The notes beneath the pieces are model-generated. The model ran no database searches. It saw only the letters and a list, made by a program, of their open reading frames with translations, and was not told the DNA's origin. A program made the position numbers and the translations under genes. This document shows positions 20,650 to 34,140 of a DNA stretch of 54,807 bases, piece by piece (the stretch's first letter is position 1; each line of letters opens with the position of its first letter). The stretch is taken from the sequence record SRR22947725_419, one strand, 5' to 3'.

Positions 20650-20650
<1 letters not shown>
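20018..20650 (+). CDS. Hypothetical membrane protein with two C-terminal TM helices
   Basis: 210-aa ORF; DDPLLFAPMGNGYYYLIHQWGND followed by two hydrophobic segments. Confidence 0.8.
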
Positions 20651-22525
<1,875 letters not shown>

Positions 22526-22544
22526 ACAAAATGTATTTTTTTAT

Positions 22545-23198
22545 TTAGTTTCCTTTCTTATAATCTGCTAAAAACGTTGCCAATCCACTATCAGTTAAAG
22601 GGTGTTTTGCAAGTCCTTGAATAGCACTTAGAGGACCAGTCATCACGTCTGCACCAATATGCGCGCAATCAATCACGTGCATGGTATGACGTACCGATGC
22701 CGCTAAGATCTGTGTTCCAAAATCATAATTGTCAAAAATATTTCTGATGTCTTCAATCAGCTTTAATCCGTCTGTTGAAATATCATCAAGTCGTCCAATA
22801 AATGGAGATACATATGTAGCGCCAGCTTTGGCAGCAAGTAATGCTTGTCCAACGGAAAATATTAATGTACAGTTTGTTCTAATTCCTTTATCAGAGAAAT
22901 ATTTAATGGCTTTAATCCCTTCCAAGATCATAGGAACTTTTACTACAATTTGGGGGTGAAGCGCAGCAAGTGCTTCTCCTTCCGCAATTATTCCATCAAA
23001 ATCCGTTGAAATCACTTCTGCAGATACATCACCTTCTACAATATCACATATAGCTTTGTAATGGGCAATTATATTGTCTTGACCTGTTATGCCTTCTTTG
23101 GCCATTAGGGAAGGGTTTGTTGTTACTCCGTCCAAGATCCCAAGAGCTTGGGCTTCTTTAATTTGATTTAAGTTGGCTGTGTCGATAAAAAACTTCAT
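22545..23198 (-). CDS. fsa: Transaldolase / fructose-6-phosphate aldolase (short type)
   Basis: [45 protein letters not shown]. Confidence 0.93.
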   Translation of the reverse strand: MKFFIDTANLNQIKEAQALGILDGVTTNPSLMAKEGITGQDNIIAHYKAICDIVEGDVSAEVISTDFDGIIAEGEALAALHPQIVVKVPMILEGIKAIKYFSDKGIRTNCTLIFSVGQALLAAKAGATYVSPFIGRLDDISTDGLKLIEDIRNIFDNYDFGTQILAASVRHTMHVIDCAHIGADVMTGPLSAIQGLAKHPLTDSGLATFLADYKKGN

Positions 23199-23203
23199 GT
23201 GGA

Positions 23204-24016
23204 TTATTTTAGATTATAAAAAGATGCTAGTATATTTTCATACATACGTTGAGGCATGAAAAATTTTAAAACTGGTGAAAAAACTTCGAGCCATGGACCT
23301 ACACTGTAGTGAGGTTTTAGGCGCTTTACATAAATAAGTTGTTCTATTTTTTTGGCTACTTCAATAGGTTTTAAGCCATTGGAAACATGTTCATCCATAT
23401 CTAAAAGAGCATGCTTGTATTGTTTGTGATAGACTGAATCTTCCTGTAAAGGAGCGTAATATCTATTGGCTGCTATTGGAGTTTTAATTGAACCAGGGGA
23501 TAATACGGTACATTGAATTGCGGTATGACGAAGTTCTAAACGAAGACTTTCTGTTATTCTAGCGATAGCTGCTTTTGAAGCAGAGTAGATACTTCTAAAC
23601 GGCAAGCCATTATCCGCAGCCAGCGACGCTACATTTATGATACGTCCTGTACCCTGCTTATGCATAAATGGAAGAACTTGCTGCATGATACGAATAGGCC
23701 CTTTTACGTTGGTGTCCATAACATTATCAATAGGTTCCATTGCCAATTCCTGAACTGGACCAGCCATACCCATACCAGCATTGTTTATTAACACATCTAT
23801 ACGTCCATATTTTTCAATCACTGATGCAAGTGCCGCTTCAACTGAAGAATCATCAAGAACATCCATTGCTATAAGCGGAAAAGGATGATTTGGATAATTT
23901 GAAGGAGTCCTACTCGTTCCTAACACATGATGTCCTAAAGCATTAAGGTGCTTTCCAGTAGAAAGACCAATCCCTGTGGAAGCGCCTGTAATGAGGATAA
24001 TGATAGGGTTTTTCAT
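23204..24016 (-). CDS. SDR family oxidoreductase
   Basis: [18 protein letters not shown]. Confidence 0.93.
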   Translation of the reverse strand: MKNPIIILITGASTGIGLSTGKHLNALGHHVLGTSRTPSNYPNHPFPLIAMDVLDDSSVEAALASVIEKYGRIDVLINNAGMGMAGPVQELAMEPIDNVMDTNVKGPIRIMQQVLPFMHKQGTGRIINVASLAADNGLPFRSIYSASKAAIARITESLRLELRHTAIQCTVLSPGSIKTPIAANRYYAPLQEDSVYHKQYKHALLDMDEHVSNGLKPIEVAKKIEQLIYVKRLKPHYSVGPWLEVFSPVLKFFMPQRMYENILASFYNLK

Positions 24017-24024
24017 AAAAAAAA

Positions 24025-24120
24025 GGCAGGCTACCTACAGCACACCGCTACGACTACTTACCCTTGCTGTGTTTCCACCCTGGGGGGATTCAGCAGGAGC
24101 TGGTTGTGTAGAACCTGCCC
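24025..24120 (-). ncRNA. ffs: Signal recognition particle RNA, small bacterial type (4.5S)
   Basis: Terminal stem GGCAGG...CCTGCC; helix-8 core CCAGGGTG-GAAA-CACAGCAAGG with GNRA loop; ~96 nt; followed by U8; TATATTTG promoter upstream. Confidence 0.93.
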
Positions 24121-24124
24121 AGCG

Positions 24125-24132
24125 CAAATATA
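24125..24132 (-). promoter_or_regulatory. -7 promoter element TATATTTG for ffs
   Basis: Exact motif, 4 nt before the first G of the SRP RNA. Confidence 0.8.
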
Positions 24133-24194
24133 AATCCTTTCATCATTTTTTATTACCAAGATTATAGATATTTTTAAACTTTATTTGACAAGCC

Positions 24195-25217
24195 ATGAAT
24201 AAGTTTCTGTATCGTGTATTAATTGGGTGTTTGCTTATAGGTAGTGCTTGTTCATCTAGACAGGCTATTTCGTATAAAATAAAAACGCAAACCAATTCAA
24301 AAAACATAAAACCAGCCGACACAATTCGTGTGTCACTAAACACCTTGGAAAACACAAAAAAACACATCTTTTACTGGAATGAACAGGAAGTCAATGCAGA
24401 TTATATCATTGCTAATAAAACTGGTGAACACTACATAAAAGCCGTAATTGAAACTGAAAAAGGCATTAAAGAAATCACTAAAAGTATTCGTGTTTTTGCT
24501 CCTAACAAACCTAAAGTTTATACATATAAACTTGTAAACACTTACCCGCATGACATTAACGCATACACCCAAGGATTGGAGTTTGTTGGAGAAACATTGT
24601 ATGAAAGCACTGGGCAGTATGGTGCCTCTTCACTACGTAAGGTTAATGTGAAAACAGGGGAAGTCATTCAAAACCTGCCTCTTGACAATGCTTATTTTGC
24701 TGAGGGAATCACACATTTTGACGGCAAGATTATTCAACTAACATGGAAAAAGAAGCTTGGTTTTGTTTACAATGCAAACGATCTAACACTAGAAAAGTCC
24801 TTTAGTTATGTCAAAAGTCCTGAGGGATGGGGGCTTTGTAATGACGGTGCTGTGTTATTTAAAACTGATGGTAGTGAAAAACTATGGACGCTAGATCCAA
24901 AAACTTTTAAAGAGCTTGACAGTAAGGATATCGTCACGCATAACACCTTTTTATCTAAAGTTAATGAATTGGAATATGTTGATGGACTAATTTATGCCAA
25001 CACCTACCAATTTAATAAGGATGTTGTCGTTATCATAGTACCAGAAACTGGAATTGTGACAGGTGTTGTCGATTTTTCGGGTTTAAAAAATCGTGTAACC
25101 CAGCATAATCGACTGGATGTTTTTAATGGAATTGCCTATCATCCAAAACGAAAGACGTTCTTTGTAACTGGAAAATATTGGGATAAAATCTTTGAAGTTG
25201 AAATATTTGAAAAATAG
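24195..25217 (+). CDS. Glutaminyl-peptide cyclotransferase (type I, beta-propeller), lipoprotein
   Basis: YPHD..AYTQGLEF, YESTGQYG, FAEGIT, QLTW, EGWGL, NELEY, FNGIAY, VTGKYW. Confidence 0.93.
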   Translation: MNKFLYRVLIGCLLIGSACSSRQAISYKIKTQTNSKNIKPADTIRVSLNTLENTKKHIFYWNEQEVNADYIIANKTGEHYIKAVIETEKGIKEITKSIRVFAPNKPKVYTYKLVNTYPHDINAYTQGLEFVGETLYESTGQYGASSLRKVNVKTGEVIQNLPLDNAYFAEGITHFDGKIIQLTWKKKLGFVYNANDLTLEKSFSYVKSPEGWGLCNDGAVLFKTDGSEKLWTLDPKTFKELDSKDIVTHNTFLSKVNELEYVDGLIYANTYQFNKDVVVIIVPETGIVTGVVDFSGLKNRVTQHNRLDVFNGIAYHPKRKTFFVTGKYWDKIFEVEIFEK

Positions 25218-26763
25218 TTCGTACCAAATACGTACAATCGGATTGCTAGTATTCATACTCATTACGAGTCTTTACAGCAGTTGTCGTACTGAGTTTACAT
25301 TTCGTCCTGCTCAAGCTGGAGAACTTCGCTTTAGCCGTGATACGGTATACCTCGATACGGTGTTTACAAAAATTAGCTCTGCTACGTATACACTTAAAGT
25401 ATATAATACATCTGATGAGTCCATCGCTATTCCATCCATCCAACTTGGAAAAGGCGATACATCAAACTTCAGATTAAACGTAGATGGGATGAGTGGAAAA
25501 ACATTTATGAATGTTGAATTACTGCCCAAAGACAGCATGTATGTTTATGTAGAAACAACAGCCGACATCACTAAGCTTACAGCAAATAATACCCAATTCC
25601 TGTATGAAGACAAATTGCATTTCTCAGATATAGGAGCCGTTACGCTGATGACTCTGGTGCAAGATGCTGTTTTTTTATATCCAGAAAAAGATGACAAAGG
25701 GATTAAGGAAAATATTCCCATTGGCATTGACAACCAAGGGGGAACTTTTGGTTTAGAGGGTTTTTATTTAGAAGATGATGAACTAATATTCACCAATGAA
25801 AAACCTTATGTAGTGTATGGCTACATGGGTGTTCCATCTGGAAAAACAGCTGTTTTTGAAGCAGGCGCTCGGATACATTTTCATGAAAATTCTGGAATTA
25901 TTGTCGGTGAAGGTGGGACTATACAAAGTAACGGTGTGTTAAGTCTTGACCCTGATGCATTAGAAGGGGAAGTTATTTTTGAAGGAGATCGCCTTGAACC
26001 GTTATATGACAATATTCCAGGACAATGGGGCGCTATATGGCTCACAACAGGGAGTACGCAGCATCAATTCAATCATACGACTATAAAAAATGCTACCGTT
26101 GGAATTTTAATGGATTATAACGATGAAACTGGATCACCGACACTTGATATAAAAAATACGCAAATCCATAACAGCGCTACTATAAACCTTTGGGGCAAAA
26201 CAGCTCATATCTATGCTGAAAACAGCGTATTTGGTAATGCCGGTCAAGCCTCGTTTTTTGGTAATATAGGAGGGGATTACAACTTTATTCATTGCACCTT
26301 TGCCAACTACTGGAACAATAGTTTTCGTTCTACCCCTACGGTACTTTTAAACGATTACACCCCTATTGACAATTCTACAAATTTTATCCGACCCCTTACA
26401 AATGCAAGATTTGATAACTGTATTATTGATGGAAATCAATTTGTAGAGTTTTTTGTGGAACAAGCAGGGGATGATCCGTTTAGATTTTTCTTAAATCATA
26501 CAGCGCTTCAATTTGATAGCTCTAACAATGTCATCCTTGAAAACCCATTTTTTGATTTTAACAGTTCCACATATTACAATCAAATTTTACAAAACAAAGA
26601 AGCTGCTTTTGTCATGCCGCAAGAAAGTGACATGCGTATTTCTCAACTAAGTGAATTTATAGGTCTTGGAGACGCTTCAATACAAATCACAACAGATCTC
26701 TTAGGCAAATCTAGAACATCACCTCCCGATTTAGGGGCATACCAGCATGTGATTATAGATTAA
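25192..26763 (+). CDS. Hypothetical lipoprotein with probable beta-helix region and choice-of-anchor-Q-like C-terminus (start may be TTG 25207)
   Basis: Lipobox [24 protein letters not shown], Asn-rich repeats, DLLGKSR..PDLGAYQ. Confidence 0.7.
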   Translation: MKLKYLKNSSYQIRTIGLLVFILITSLYSSCRTEFTFRPAQAGELRFSRDTVYLDTVFTKISSATYTLKVYNTSDESIAIPSIQLGKGDTSNFRLNVDGMSGKTFMNVELLPKDSMYVYVETTADITKLTANNTQFLYEDKLHFSDIGAVTLMTLVQDAVFLYPEKDDKGIKENIPIGIDNQGGTFGLEGFYLEDDELIFTNEKPYVVYGYMGVPSGKTAVFEAGARIHFHENSGIIVGEGGTIQSNGVLSLDPDALEGEVIFEGDRLEPLYDNIPGQWGAIWLTTGSTQHQFNHTTIKNATVGILMDYNDETGSPTLDIKNTQIHNSATINLWGKTAHIYAENSVFGNAGQASFFGNIGGDYNFIHCTFANYWNNSFRSTPTVLLNDYTPIDNSTNFIRPLTNARFDNCIIDGNQFVEFFVEQAGDDPFRFFLNHTALQFDSSNNVILENPFFDFNSSTYYNQILQNKEAAFVMPQESDMRISQLSEFIGLGDASIQITTDLLGKSRTSPPDLGAYQHVIID

Positions 26764-28040
26764 GGATTGAATAATGGGCGGTGCGCCATCATTGCATGAA
26801 CCTGCTCTCCTACTCCACTAAGTAATTTTTCATTTTCAGGTTGTTTAATTACTTCGTCAATTAAAGCAACGATCGGTTCCATATCAGATGCACCCAAACC
26901 ACGTGTGGTAATGGCTGCAGTTCCAAAACGAATTCCAGAAGTAACAAATGGTGATTTGTCGTCAAACGGAACCATGTTTTTATTCGCTGTTATTTCAGCT
27001 TTAACCAAGGCTTGCTCTGCTTGCTTTCCAGAAATATTCTTATTTCGAAGGTCTACAAGCATCATGTGGTTGTCTGTACCCCCTGAAATTAGATTATATC
27101 CCCTGTCTACAAACGCTTTTGCCATTGCCTGGGCATTCTCACGTACTTTTAAAATATAGTGTAAGAAATCGTCTGTAAGTGCCTCTCCAAATGCAATTGC
27201 TTTTGCACCAATGACATGTTCTAATGGACCTCCTTGATTTCCAGGAAAAACAGCCATGTCAAGCAAAGAGGACATCATACGCAAGTTTCCATTTTTTAGT
27301 TTTAAACCAAAGGGGTTTTCAAAGTCTTGCCCCATCATCATTAAACCACCTCTTGGACCCCGCAGGGTTTTATGCGTTGTGGTAGTAATAACATGACAGT
27401 GCGGTATGGGGTCATTTAAAATTCCTTTAGCAATAAGCCCAGATGGGTGTGAAATATCGGCAAGTAAAAAAGCGCCTACACTATCAGCAATTTCTCTAAA
27501 GCGTTCAAAATCAATATCTCTAGAATATGCTGAAGCACCTGCAATAATCATATTGGGTTTTTCACGTGCTGCAATTTCAGCAATCACATCATAATCCAAG
27601 CGACCCGTTTCTTTGTCAACGCCATAGAATACGGCATTGTACAAACGACCAGAAAAGTTGACAGGCGATCCATGAGTAAGATGTCCTCCATGAGACAAAT
27701 CAAAGCCCATGATTTTATCACCTGGCTTTATGAATGCATGATACACTGCTGTATTTGCTTGAGAACCAGAGTGTGGTTGTACGTTTGCATAGGAGGCTCC
27801 AAAAAGTGCTTTTGCCCTATCAATAGCAATTGTTTCAATTTCATCGACAACCTCACAACCACCGTAATAACGTTTTCCAGGATATCCCTCGGCATACTTG
27901 TTGGTAAGTATAGATCCCGTAGCCTCCATAACCTGAGGGCTTGTAAAGTTTTCAGAAGCAATTAACTCAACCCCGCTTAGTTGGCGTTGGTGTTCAGCAT
28001 CAATTAGCTCAAATATCTGTTCGTCACGTTGAATTTTCAT
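26760..28040 (-). CDS. glyA: Serine hydroxymethyltransferase
   Basis: [46 protein letters not shown] 28040 lies downstream of TATTTTTG (28057-28064). Confidence 0.98.
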   Translation of the reverse strand: MKIQRDEQIFELIDAEHQRQLSGVELIASENFTSPQVMEATGSILTNKYAEGYPGKRYYGGCEVVDEIETIAIDRAKALFGASYANVQPHSGSQANTAVYHAFIKPGDKIMGFDLSHGGHLTHGSPVNFSGRLYNAVFYGVDKETGRLDYDVIAEIAAREKPNMIIAGASAYSRDIDFERFREIADSVGAFLLADISHPSGLIAKGILNDPIPHCHVITTTTHKTLRGPRGGLMMMGQDFENPFGLKLKNGNLRMMSSLLDMAVFPGNQGGPLEHVIGAKAIAFGEALTDDFLHYILKVRENAQAMAKAFVDRGYNLISGGTDNHMMLVDLRNKNISGKQAEQALVKAEITANKNMVPFDDKSPFVTSGIRFGTAAITTRGLGASDMEPIVALIDEVIKQPENEKLLSGVGEQVHAMMAHRPLFNP

Positions 28041-28137
28041 AGCATATAATAAAGGACAAAAATAGTTAATCCCCAAGATTCAAGCTTCTAAATAAAACAG
28101 TTTTATTAAAAATAAATGAACATAAAAACAGAAGCTA

Positions 28138-28145
28138 TACTTTTG
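28138..28145 (+). promoter_or_regulatory. -7 promoter element TACTTTTG for smpB
   Basis: Exact motif, 4 nt before GTG 28150. Confidence 0.65.
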
Positions 28146-28149
28146 TATC

Positions 28150-28611
28150 GTGCAAAAAGCAATTAACATAAAAAACAAGCGTGCCCGTTTTGAGTATGAA
28201 CTCATGGATCAATACACAGCGGGTATCGTGCTAACAGGAACGGAAATCAAATCGATTCGATCTGGGAAGGCCTCTATATCCGAAAGTTTTTGTGAGTTTA
28301 ATGAAAATGCAGAACTCTTTATCATCAACATGCATATTGATGAGTACAGTCATGGCGGTTATGTAAATCATCGTACAAAAGGAGATCGAAAGCTATTGCT
28401 ACAACGCAAAGAATTGCGAAAGCTTTACAAAGAAGTACAGAATGTAGGTTTGACCATAGTTCCTCTACGGGTTTTTTTAAACGATAGAGGTCTTGCCAAA
28501 GTGCTTATTTCACTTGCAAAAGGGAAGAAAATCCACGATAAACGCGAAACAATAAAAGATCGTGACAATAAACGCAACCTAGATCGCATTAAAAAAAGCT
28601 TCAGAAATTAG
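28150..28611 (+). CDS. smpB: SsrA-binding protein
   Basis: [38 protein letters not shown]. Confidence 0.98.
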   Translation: MQKAINIKNKRARFEYELMDQYTAGIVLTGTEIKSIRSGKASISESFCEFNENAELFIINMHIDEYSHGGYVNHRTKGDRKLLLQRKELRKLYKEVQNVGLTIVPLRVFLNDRGLAKVLISLAKGKKIHDKRETIKDRDNKRNLDRIKKSFRN

Positions 28612-29252
28612 TTTTTATCTCCAAGTAAAGGAACAAAACGAAAGTCTCCCAAAATCAACTTCTCAAAAACAGTTTCAGAAGTTCGAGTAACGACTGTCAT
28701 TTTTTGAGATTCATCGCCAACAGGAATAACCATCTTGCCATTTATTTTTAACTGAGCCAACAAATTCTCAGGGATATAAGGGGCTCCAGCAGTGACAATA
28801 ATTCTATCATAAGGAGCTTTTTCTGGAAATCCTTTGTAACCGTCTCCAAAAATAAGTTTCTTAGGCGCATACCCTAAAGCAGGCAAACGTTTTAGACTAG
28901 TACGAAACAATTCATGTTGTCGTTCAATGGAATATACTACAGCACCAACATGGCAAAGGACCGCTGTTTGATAACCCGATCCAGTTCCGATTTCTAATAC
29001 ATGCATTCCAGGTTTCACATCGAGTTGTTCCGTTTGAAATGCTACAGTGTAAGGTTGCGAAATAGTTTGTTCAGCGCCAATTGGAAACGCTTTGTCTTGA
29101 TAGGCATGTTCATCAAAGCTGCTATCCAAAAACAAGTGTCGAGGTATGGATCCAATAGCTTTTAAGACCGCAGGATTTGTAATACCCTTAGTTTCTAAAA
29201 CTCCCACCAACTGGCGTCTTTTTCCTTGATGCTTTGTTGTATCGCCCTTCAT
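28608..29252 (-). CDS. pcm: Protein-L-isoaspartate O-methyltransferase
   Basis: [33 protein letters not shown]. Confidence 0.96.
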   Translation of the reverse strand: MKGDTTKHQGKRRQLVGVLETKGITNPAVLKAIGSIPRHLFLDSSFDEHAYQDKAFPIGAEQTISQPYTVAFQTEQLDVKPGMHVLEIGTGSGYQTAVLCHVGAVVYSIERQHELFRTSLKRLPALGYAPKKLIFGDGYKGFPEKAPYDRIIVTAGAPYIPENLLAQLKINGKMVIPVGDESQKMTVVTRTSETVFEKLILGDFRFVPLLGDKN

Positions 29253-29257
29253 TTGTT

Positions 29258-29307
29258 CAAAAATACAAAATCAACCGCCCATAGGCTTGCTAATCTTATT
29301 ACATTTG
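29258..29307. promoter_or_regulatory. Divergent -7 elements: TATTTTTG (-, 29258-29265, pcm) and TACATTTG (+, 29300-29307, oxidoreductase operon)
   Basis: Both are exact TAnnTTTG motifs, 5 and 4 nt before their ATGs. Confidence 0.65.
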
Positions 29308-29311
29308 TAGT

Positions 29312-30295
29312 ATGAGTGTGAAATTAAAAGCAGGAGTACTAGGAGCAGGACATTTAGGTAAGATTCACCTTCGTCTATTGCATCAGTCTGAAAAATATGA
29401 ATTGGTAGGTTTTTTTGATGAAAGCTTAGAAGTTCAACAGCAAATTACTGCAGCGTTTGGCTTTTGGGCCTTTCCAACTGCTCAAGCCCTTATTGAAGCC
29501 GTTGATGTAGTCGATATTGTTACTCCCACTCTTTATCATTATGATTTGGCAAAACTGGCCATATCGAGTGGTAAACACGTTTTTTTAGAAAAGCCCATAA
29601 CCAAAACTGTAGCACAAGCGCAAGAGCTTATCGACTTAGCCAACAAACACAAGGTACTAGGGCAAGTAGGTCATGTAGAACGCTTTAATCCAGCATTTTT
29701 AGCGGTAAAAGATCATATAAATAAAAGTATGTTTATCGAAACGCATCGATTGGCTGAATTTAATCCTCGTGGTACTGATGTTCCCGTTGTATTGGATTTG
29801 ATGATTCACGACATCGATACCGTATTGAGTGTTGTTGATGCTCCTGTGTCAAATGTTTCTGCAAGCGGTGTGGCTATCATTAGTGATACACCCGATATTG
29901 CCAATGCACGAATTGAATTTGAAAATGGATGTGTTGCCAATTTAACAGCGAGTAGAATCTCTTTAAAAAACATGCGCAAAGCACGTTTTTTCCAAAAAGA
30001 CGCGTACATATCGGTTGATTATTTGAATAAAAAGGTAGAGGTTGTAAAAATGCACGATGCTCCAGAAGATGTTGGGGCTTTTGATATGGTACTTGAAAAT
30101 GCCCAAGGAAAAAAGAAACGCATTTATTTTGACAATCCTGAAATTCCTGAAGTCAATGCTATCCTTATGGAACTTGAATGCTTTGCAGATGCGATAACAA
30201 ATCATACCCCAGTGATTGTTTCCTTACAACATGGATTAGATGCTCTCGAAGTAGCCTTGAAAATAACGGAGCTTGTAGAAAAGTCTTCCCAATGA
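29312..30295 (+). CDS. Gfo/Idh/MocA family oxidoreductase (GnnA-like)
   Basis: GAGHLG, VFLEKP, VGHVERFNP, VVLDLMIHDID, ANLTASRIS. Confidence 0.9.
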   Translation: MSVKLKAGVLGAGHLGKIHLRLLHQSEKYELVGFFDESLEVQQQITAAFGFWAFPTAQALIEAVDVVDIVTPTLYHYDLAKLAISSGKHVFLEKPITKTVAQAQELIDLANKHKVLGQVGHVERFNPAFLAVKDHINKSMFIETHRLAEFNPRGTDVPVVLDLMIHDIDTVLSVVDAPVSNVSASGVAIISDTPDIANARIEFENGCVANLTASRISLKNMRKARFFQKDAYISVDYLNKKVEVVKMHDAPEDVGAFDMVLENAQGKKKRIYFDNPEIPEVNAILMELECFADAITNHTPVIVSLQHGLDALEVALKITELVEKSSQ

Positions 30296-30933
30296 TTGCG
30301 GCTCAGATAAAAACGTTTTCCGATGAATTACCTAAACAGGTTACGCTGGTAGCTGTTTCAAAAACCAAACCCAACGCAGATCTTATCGTTGCTTACGAAG
30401 CAGGGCAACGTGATTTTGGAGAAAATAAAGTGCAAGAGCTTTGCGAAAAAGCTGCGAGCCTACCAAATGACATTCGCTGGCATATGATTGGGCATTTACA
30501 ACGAAATAAGGTCAAATATATCGCCCCTTTTGTTCATCTTATCCACGGTGTAGATAGCGAACGGTTACTTATTGAAATAAATAAGCAAGGAGCAAAAAAC
30601 AATCGTGTTATTGATGTGCTCATTCAGATTCATATTGCTGAAGAAGCAACAAAATTTGGGTTTTCGTATGATGAGGCGGCGAAACTTTTCGCACAAAATA
30701 ATGCGTTTGAGCATGTGAATATTATTGGTCTTATGGCTATGGCCTCTTTTACTGAGGATGAAAACCAGATAAAACGTGAATTCAGCACCCTTTCCGAGTT
30801 TTTTGATCAGTGGAAAGAAAAGAGTTCTCTTGATGTTCTTTCTATGGGAATGAGTAATGATTATCCCCTTGCCATAGCTGAAGGAAGTACAATGATTCGT
30901 ATAGGAAGTCTAATTTTTGGCAGTAGAAATTAA
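30292..30933 (+). CDS. yggS: YggS family PLP homeostasis protein
   Basis: LVAVSKT, FGENKVQE, WHMIGHLQRNK, LSMGMSND, IRIGSLIFG. ATG 30292 overlaps the upstream stop (ATGA). Confidence 0.96.
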   Translation: MIAAQIKTFSDELPKQVTLVAVSKTKPNADLIVAYEAGQRDFGENKVQELCEKAASLPNDIRWHMIGHLQRNKVKYIAPFVHLIHGVDSERLLIEINKQGAKNNRVIDVLIQIHIAEEATKFGFSYDEAAKLFAQNNAFEHVNIIGLMAMASFTEDENQIKREFSTLSEFFDQWKEKSSLDVLSMGMSNDYPLAIAEGSTMIRIGSLIFGSRN

Positions 30934-30936
30934 TCT

Positions 30937-32310
30937 ATGTACGCAGTTGTAGATGTAGAAACTACTGGTGGTAAATACAACGAAGAAGGTATTACCGAAA
31001 TAGCTATTTTTAAATACGATGGTAATAAAATTGTTGACCAATTTATAAGTTTAATCAATCCCGAACGACCTATACAGCCATTTGTAGTTCAGCTCACAGG
31101 TATTAATGAAAACATGTTGCGCAATGCGCCAAAGTTTTACGAAGTAGCAAAGCGTATTGTTGAAATAACAGAGGACTGTACACTTGTTGCACATAACGCA
31201 AGTTTTGATTATCGCATGCTATCAACTGAGTTCAATAGGCTTGGATTTACTTTCGAGCGAGCAACCCTGTGTACCGTAGCTTTTGCAAAAAAATTAATTC
31301 CAGAGCAAGCCTCCTACAAACTAGGTCGATTGGTTCGTTCACTTGGCATTCCACTTAGTGATCGGCACCGTGCCGCTGGTGATGCACGCGCCACAGTAAA
31401 ACTCCTTAAATTATTACTGGATAAGGACGTAGAAAAAGAAATTATCAAAGAGGTGCTACGAAGTAAAGAAGCTGATCAGGTAAAGCGTAAGTTTCAACAT
31501 TTAGTCGATACTGTAAAGCCTGTAACAGGTGTGTATTACCTTCACAATCAAAAAGGTGATGTTATTTATATTGGAAAAAGTACAAACATGCGAAAGCGTG
31601 TTAATCAACATTTTACCGGTACAAGCAGAAAGGCGTTAAAGATTCAACTTGAAACACACAGTGTAAGCACAGAAGAAACGGGAAGTGAACTAATTGCATT
31701 GCTCAAAGAAATTAATGAAATTCAACTTCATAAACCTAAACACAACAGAGTTCATAAATCGGATCAAATTCAATTTGGCCTAGAAGAAGGTATAAGTGCA
31801 TCAGGATATCGTTTTTTACGCATCGTACACGCTGAAGACGGGATTTCATATGTCACAACATTTAAAAACTTAAATAGCGCGAGAAAAACCTTGTTCTTTT
31901 ATGCTCAGAAATATACGCTGTGTTTGAAGTTTGTAGGATTGGAGTCTCCCAATGAACAATGCTCAAACGCAACAACAAATACCTGCTTGGGAGCATGCAC
32001 AGGATTGGAATCTTTAGATGACTATAATACCCGTGTGCAGCAATGTGTTGACTCATTGAGTTTTAGTACGCCCAACTTACTACTTATTGATAAAGGACGT
32101 ACGCATGATGAGCGAAGTATAATATTAATACAAGACAATGATTATAAAGGATTTGGATATGCTAGTTTAAACTATCAGATTACAAATATAGACGTAGTTA
32201 AAACCATTATCACGCCCATGAAAAATTCGCGTGCTGCACGTCATTTAATCCAACAATTCATTCGAAAAAATAAAGTTAAACAACTTATAAATTTAGATGA
32301 ACAGGCCTAA
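30937..32310 (+). CDS. DEDDh 3'-5' exonuclease (DnaQ-like) fused to GIY-YIG (UvrC/Cho-like) domain
   Basis: DVETTG, VAHNASFD, HRAAGDA; GVYY...YIGKS..R, E..ALLKE, Cys cluster C...C..CLGAC. Confidence 0.9.
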   Translation: MYAVVDVETTGGKYNEEGITEIAIFKYDGNKIVDQFISLINPERPIQPFVVQLTGINENMLRNAPKFYEVAKRIVEITEDCTLVAHNASFDYRMLSTEFNRLGFTFERATLCTVAFAKKLIPEQASYKLGRLVRSLGIPLSDRHRAAGDARATVKLLKLLLDKDVEKEIIKEVLRSKEADQVKRKFQHLVDTVKPVTGVYYLHNQKGDVIYIGKSTNMRKRVNQHFTGTSRKALKIQLETHSVSTEETGSELIALLKEINEIQLHKPKHNRVHKSDQIQFGLEEGISASGYRFLRIVHAEDGISYVTTFKNLNSARKTLFFYAQKYTLCLKFVGLESPNEQCSNATTNTCLGACTGLESLDDYNTRVQQCVDSLSFSTPNLLLIDKGRTHDERSIILIQDNDYKGFGYASLNYQITNIDVVKTIITPMKNSRAARHLIQQFIRKNKVKQLINLDEQA

Positions 32311-33211
32311 GCTAGTTACCGTTTCTGGCCCTACTGCTGTTGGCAAAACTGCCTTTGCTATTGCATTGGCAAAAGCTTTAAACTGTCCTATTTTATCAAG
32401 TGACTCCAGGCAGTTTTACAAGGAAATGAGCATCGGCACTGCTGTTCCTAGTGAAGAAGAACTCAATCAAGCTCCTCATTACTTTATTCAGCACAAAAGC
32501 ATTCACGACACATACACTGTTGCAGACTTTGAAACAGAGGCGTTAGCAGTACTTGATTCCCTATTTGCAAGAACTAAAATAGCAATACTGGTTGGTGGGT
32601 CTAATCTTTATACTGATGCTGTTATTCAGGGTTTGGACACGTTTCCAGAAGTTTCAAAAGATATTACAGCCTATTGGAAAGATGCGTTTTCAACCAAAGG
32701 AATTGATTTTTTACAGGAGTCACTAAAAGAGTTAGATCCTGAGTATTACAAGGTCGTAGACCTACAAAATCATGTCCGTTTATTACGCGCGCTAGGCGTT
32801 TGTAAAGCTGCTGACAAACCCTATTCTTCATTTTTAGGACAAACCAAAAAATCAAGAAGCTTTGATGTGATTTCTTTAACACTGAACATGCAGCGTGAGC
32901 AACTTTATGATCGCATCAATACTCGAGTTGACATGATGATTACTGCTGGTTTGATCGATGAAGTACAATCGCTCATTTCTGGTAAGCACTTAAATGCACT
33001 ACAAACCGTCGGTTACAAAGAACTTTTCCCTTACATCGCAGGAGAAATCAGTTTAGACGAAAGTATTGAAAACATAAAGATGAATACTAGAAGGTTTGCC
33101 AAACGTCAACTCACATGGTTAAGAAATCATCCAAGCACACATACCCTAGCGCATAACACAAAAGTAGATACGGCACTAATGGCCACATTAGGCATTGAAA
33201 TAAGCACTTAA
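32297..33211 (+). CDS. miaA: tRNA dimethylallyltransferase
   Basis: [42 protein letters not shown]. Confidence 0.97.
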   Translation: MNRPKLVTVSGPTAVGKTAFAIALAKALNCPILSSDSRQFYKEMSIGTAVPSEEELNQAPHYFIQHKSIHDTYTVADFETEALAVLDSLFARTKIAILVGGSNLYTDAVIQGLDTFPEVSKDITAYWKDAFSTKGIDFLQESLKELDPEYYKVVDLQNHVRLLRALGVCKAADKPYSSFLGQTKKSRSFDVISLTLNMQREQLYDRINTRVDMMITAGLIDEVQSLISGKHLNALQTVGYKELFPYIAGEISLDESIENIKMNTRRFAKRQLTWLRNHPSTHTLAHNTKVDTALMATLGIEIST

Positions 33212-34135
33212 ATTCTTTTGTATTCGACTAGAAACATCTGAAACATCCGCTTTTACAAAGGTTTTCCCTGTAATATGCTCGTAAAGTTCAATATACCGCT
33301 CCGAAACAGACTCAATGTAAGCATCTGACATTTCTGGGAGTTCTTGCCCTGGCTTTCCCTGAAAATTATGATCAATCAACCACCTACGTACAAATTCTTT
33401 TGATAATTGGCGCTGAGATTCACCCAAAGCCTGACGTTCTTCATAGCCCTCGGCATAGAAGTATCGCGATGAATCTGGCGTATGTATTTCATCGATTAAA
33501 ACGATAGCACCATCTTTATCTTTTCCAAATTCATATTTGGTATCTACCAAAATCAAGCCTTGGGCTTTTGCCATAGCAGTACCACGAGCAAATAATGCAC
33601 GCGTATACGCTGCGATTTTTTGGTATTCTTCATCTGTTACTATACCACGTCCAATCAAATCTTCAGGGGAAATATCCTCATCATGATCGCCTTGATCTGC
33701 TTTAGTTGCTGGAGTGATAATTGGCTCAGGAAAAGGATCATTTTCTTGCATACCATCGGGCATTGATGCCCCACAAAGGGTTCGTTTTCCCGAGGAATAC
33801 TCACGTGCTGCATGACCGGCCAAATAACCGCGAATAACCATTTCTACTTTTAGCGGGGTACATGCCTTTCCAACTGCAACATTTGGATCAGGTGTTGCAA
33901 TAAGCCAATTCGGAACTATATCGGCGGTTGCCTCAAGCATATGTGCCGCAATTTGATTTAAAATCTGACCTTTAAAGGGAATCCCTTTGGGCATAACAAC
34001 ATCAAAAGCCGACAGGCGATCTGTGGCAACCATAATCAAGGTTTGATTCGGCAACGTGTATACCTCGCGAACTTTTCCATTGTATTTCTCGATCACATCA
34101 TTTAGATGCAAGTCTGAATTCATTAGTGTTTGCAT
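33188..34135 (-). CDS. purC: SAICAR synthetase
   Basis: [47 protein letters not shown]. Confidence 0.97.
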   Translation of the reverse strand: MQTLMNSDLHLNDVIEKYNGKVREVYTLPNQTLIMVATDRLSAFDVVMPKGIPFKGQILNQIAAHMLEATADIVPNWLIATPDPNVAVGKACTPLKVEMVIRGYLAGHAAREYSSGKRTLCGASMPDGMQENDPFPEPIITPATKADQGDHDEDISPEDLIGRGIVTDEEYQKIAAYTRALFARGTAMAKAQGLILVDTKYEFGKDKDGAIVLIDEIHTPDSSRYFYAEGYEERQALGESQRQLSKEFVRRWLIDHNFQGKPGQELPEMSDAYIESVSERYIELYEHITGKTFVKADVSDVSSRIQKNLSAYFNA

Positions 34136-34140
34136 AAGTA

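Noticed and set aside
23948-24167. Short + strand ORFs (61 and 63 aa)
   Set aside because: They are antisense to the SRP RNA gene, which explains the sequence.
30937-32310. Novel nuclease system from the DEDDh plus GIY-YIG fusion
   Set aside because: This is a known, widespread architecture, here in a housekeeping operon with no accessory partners.
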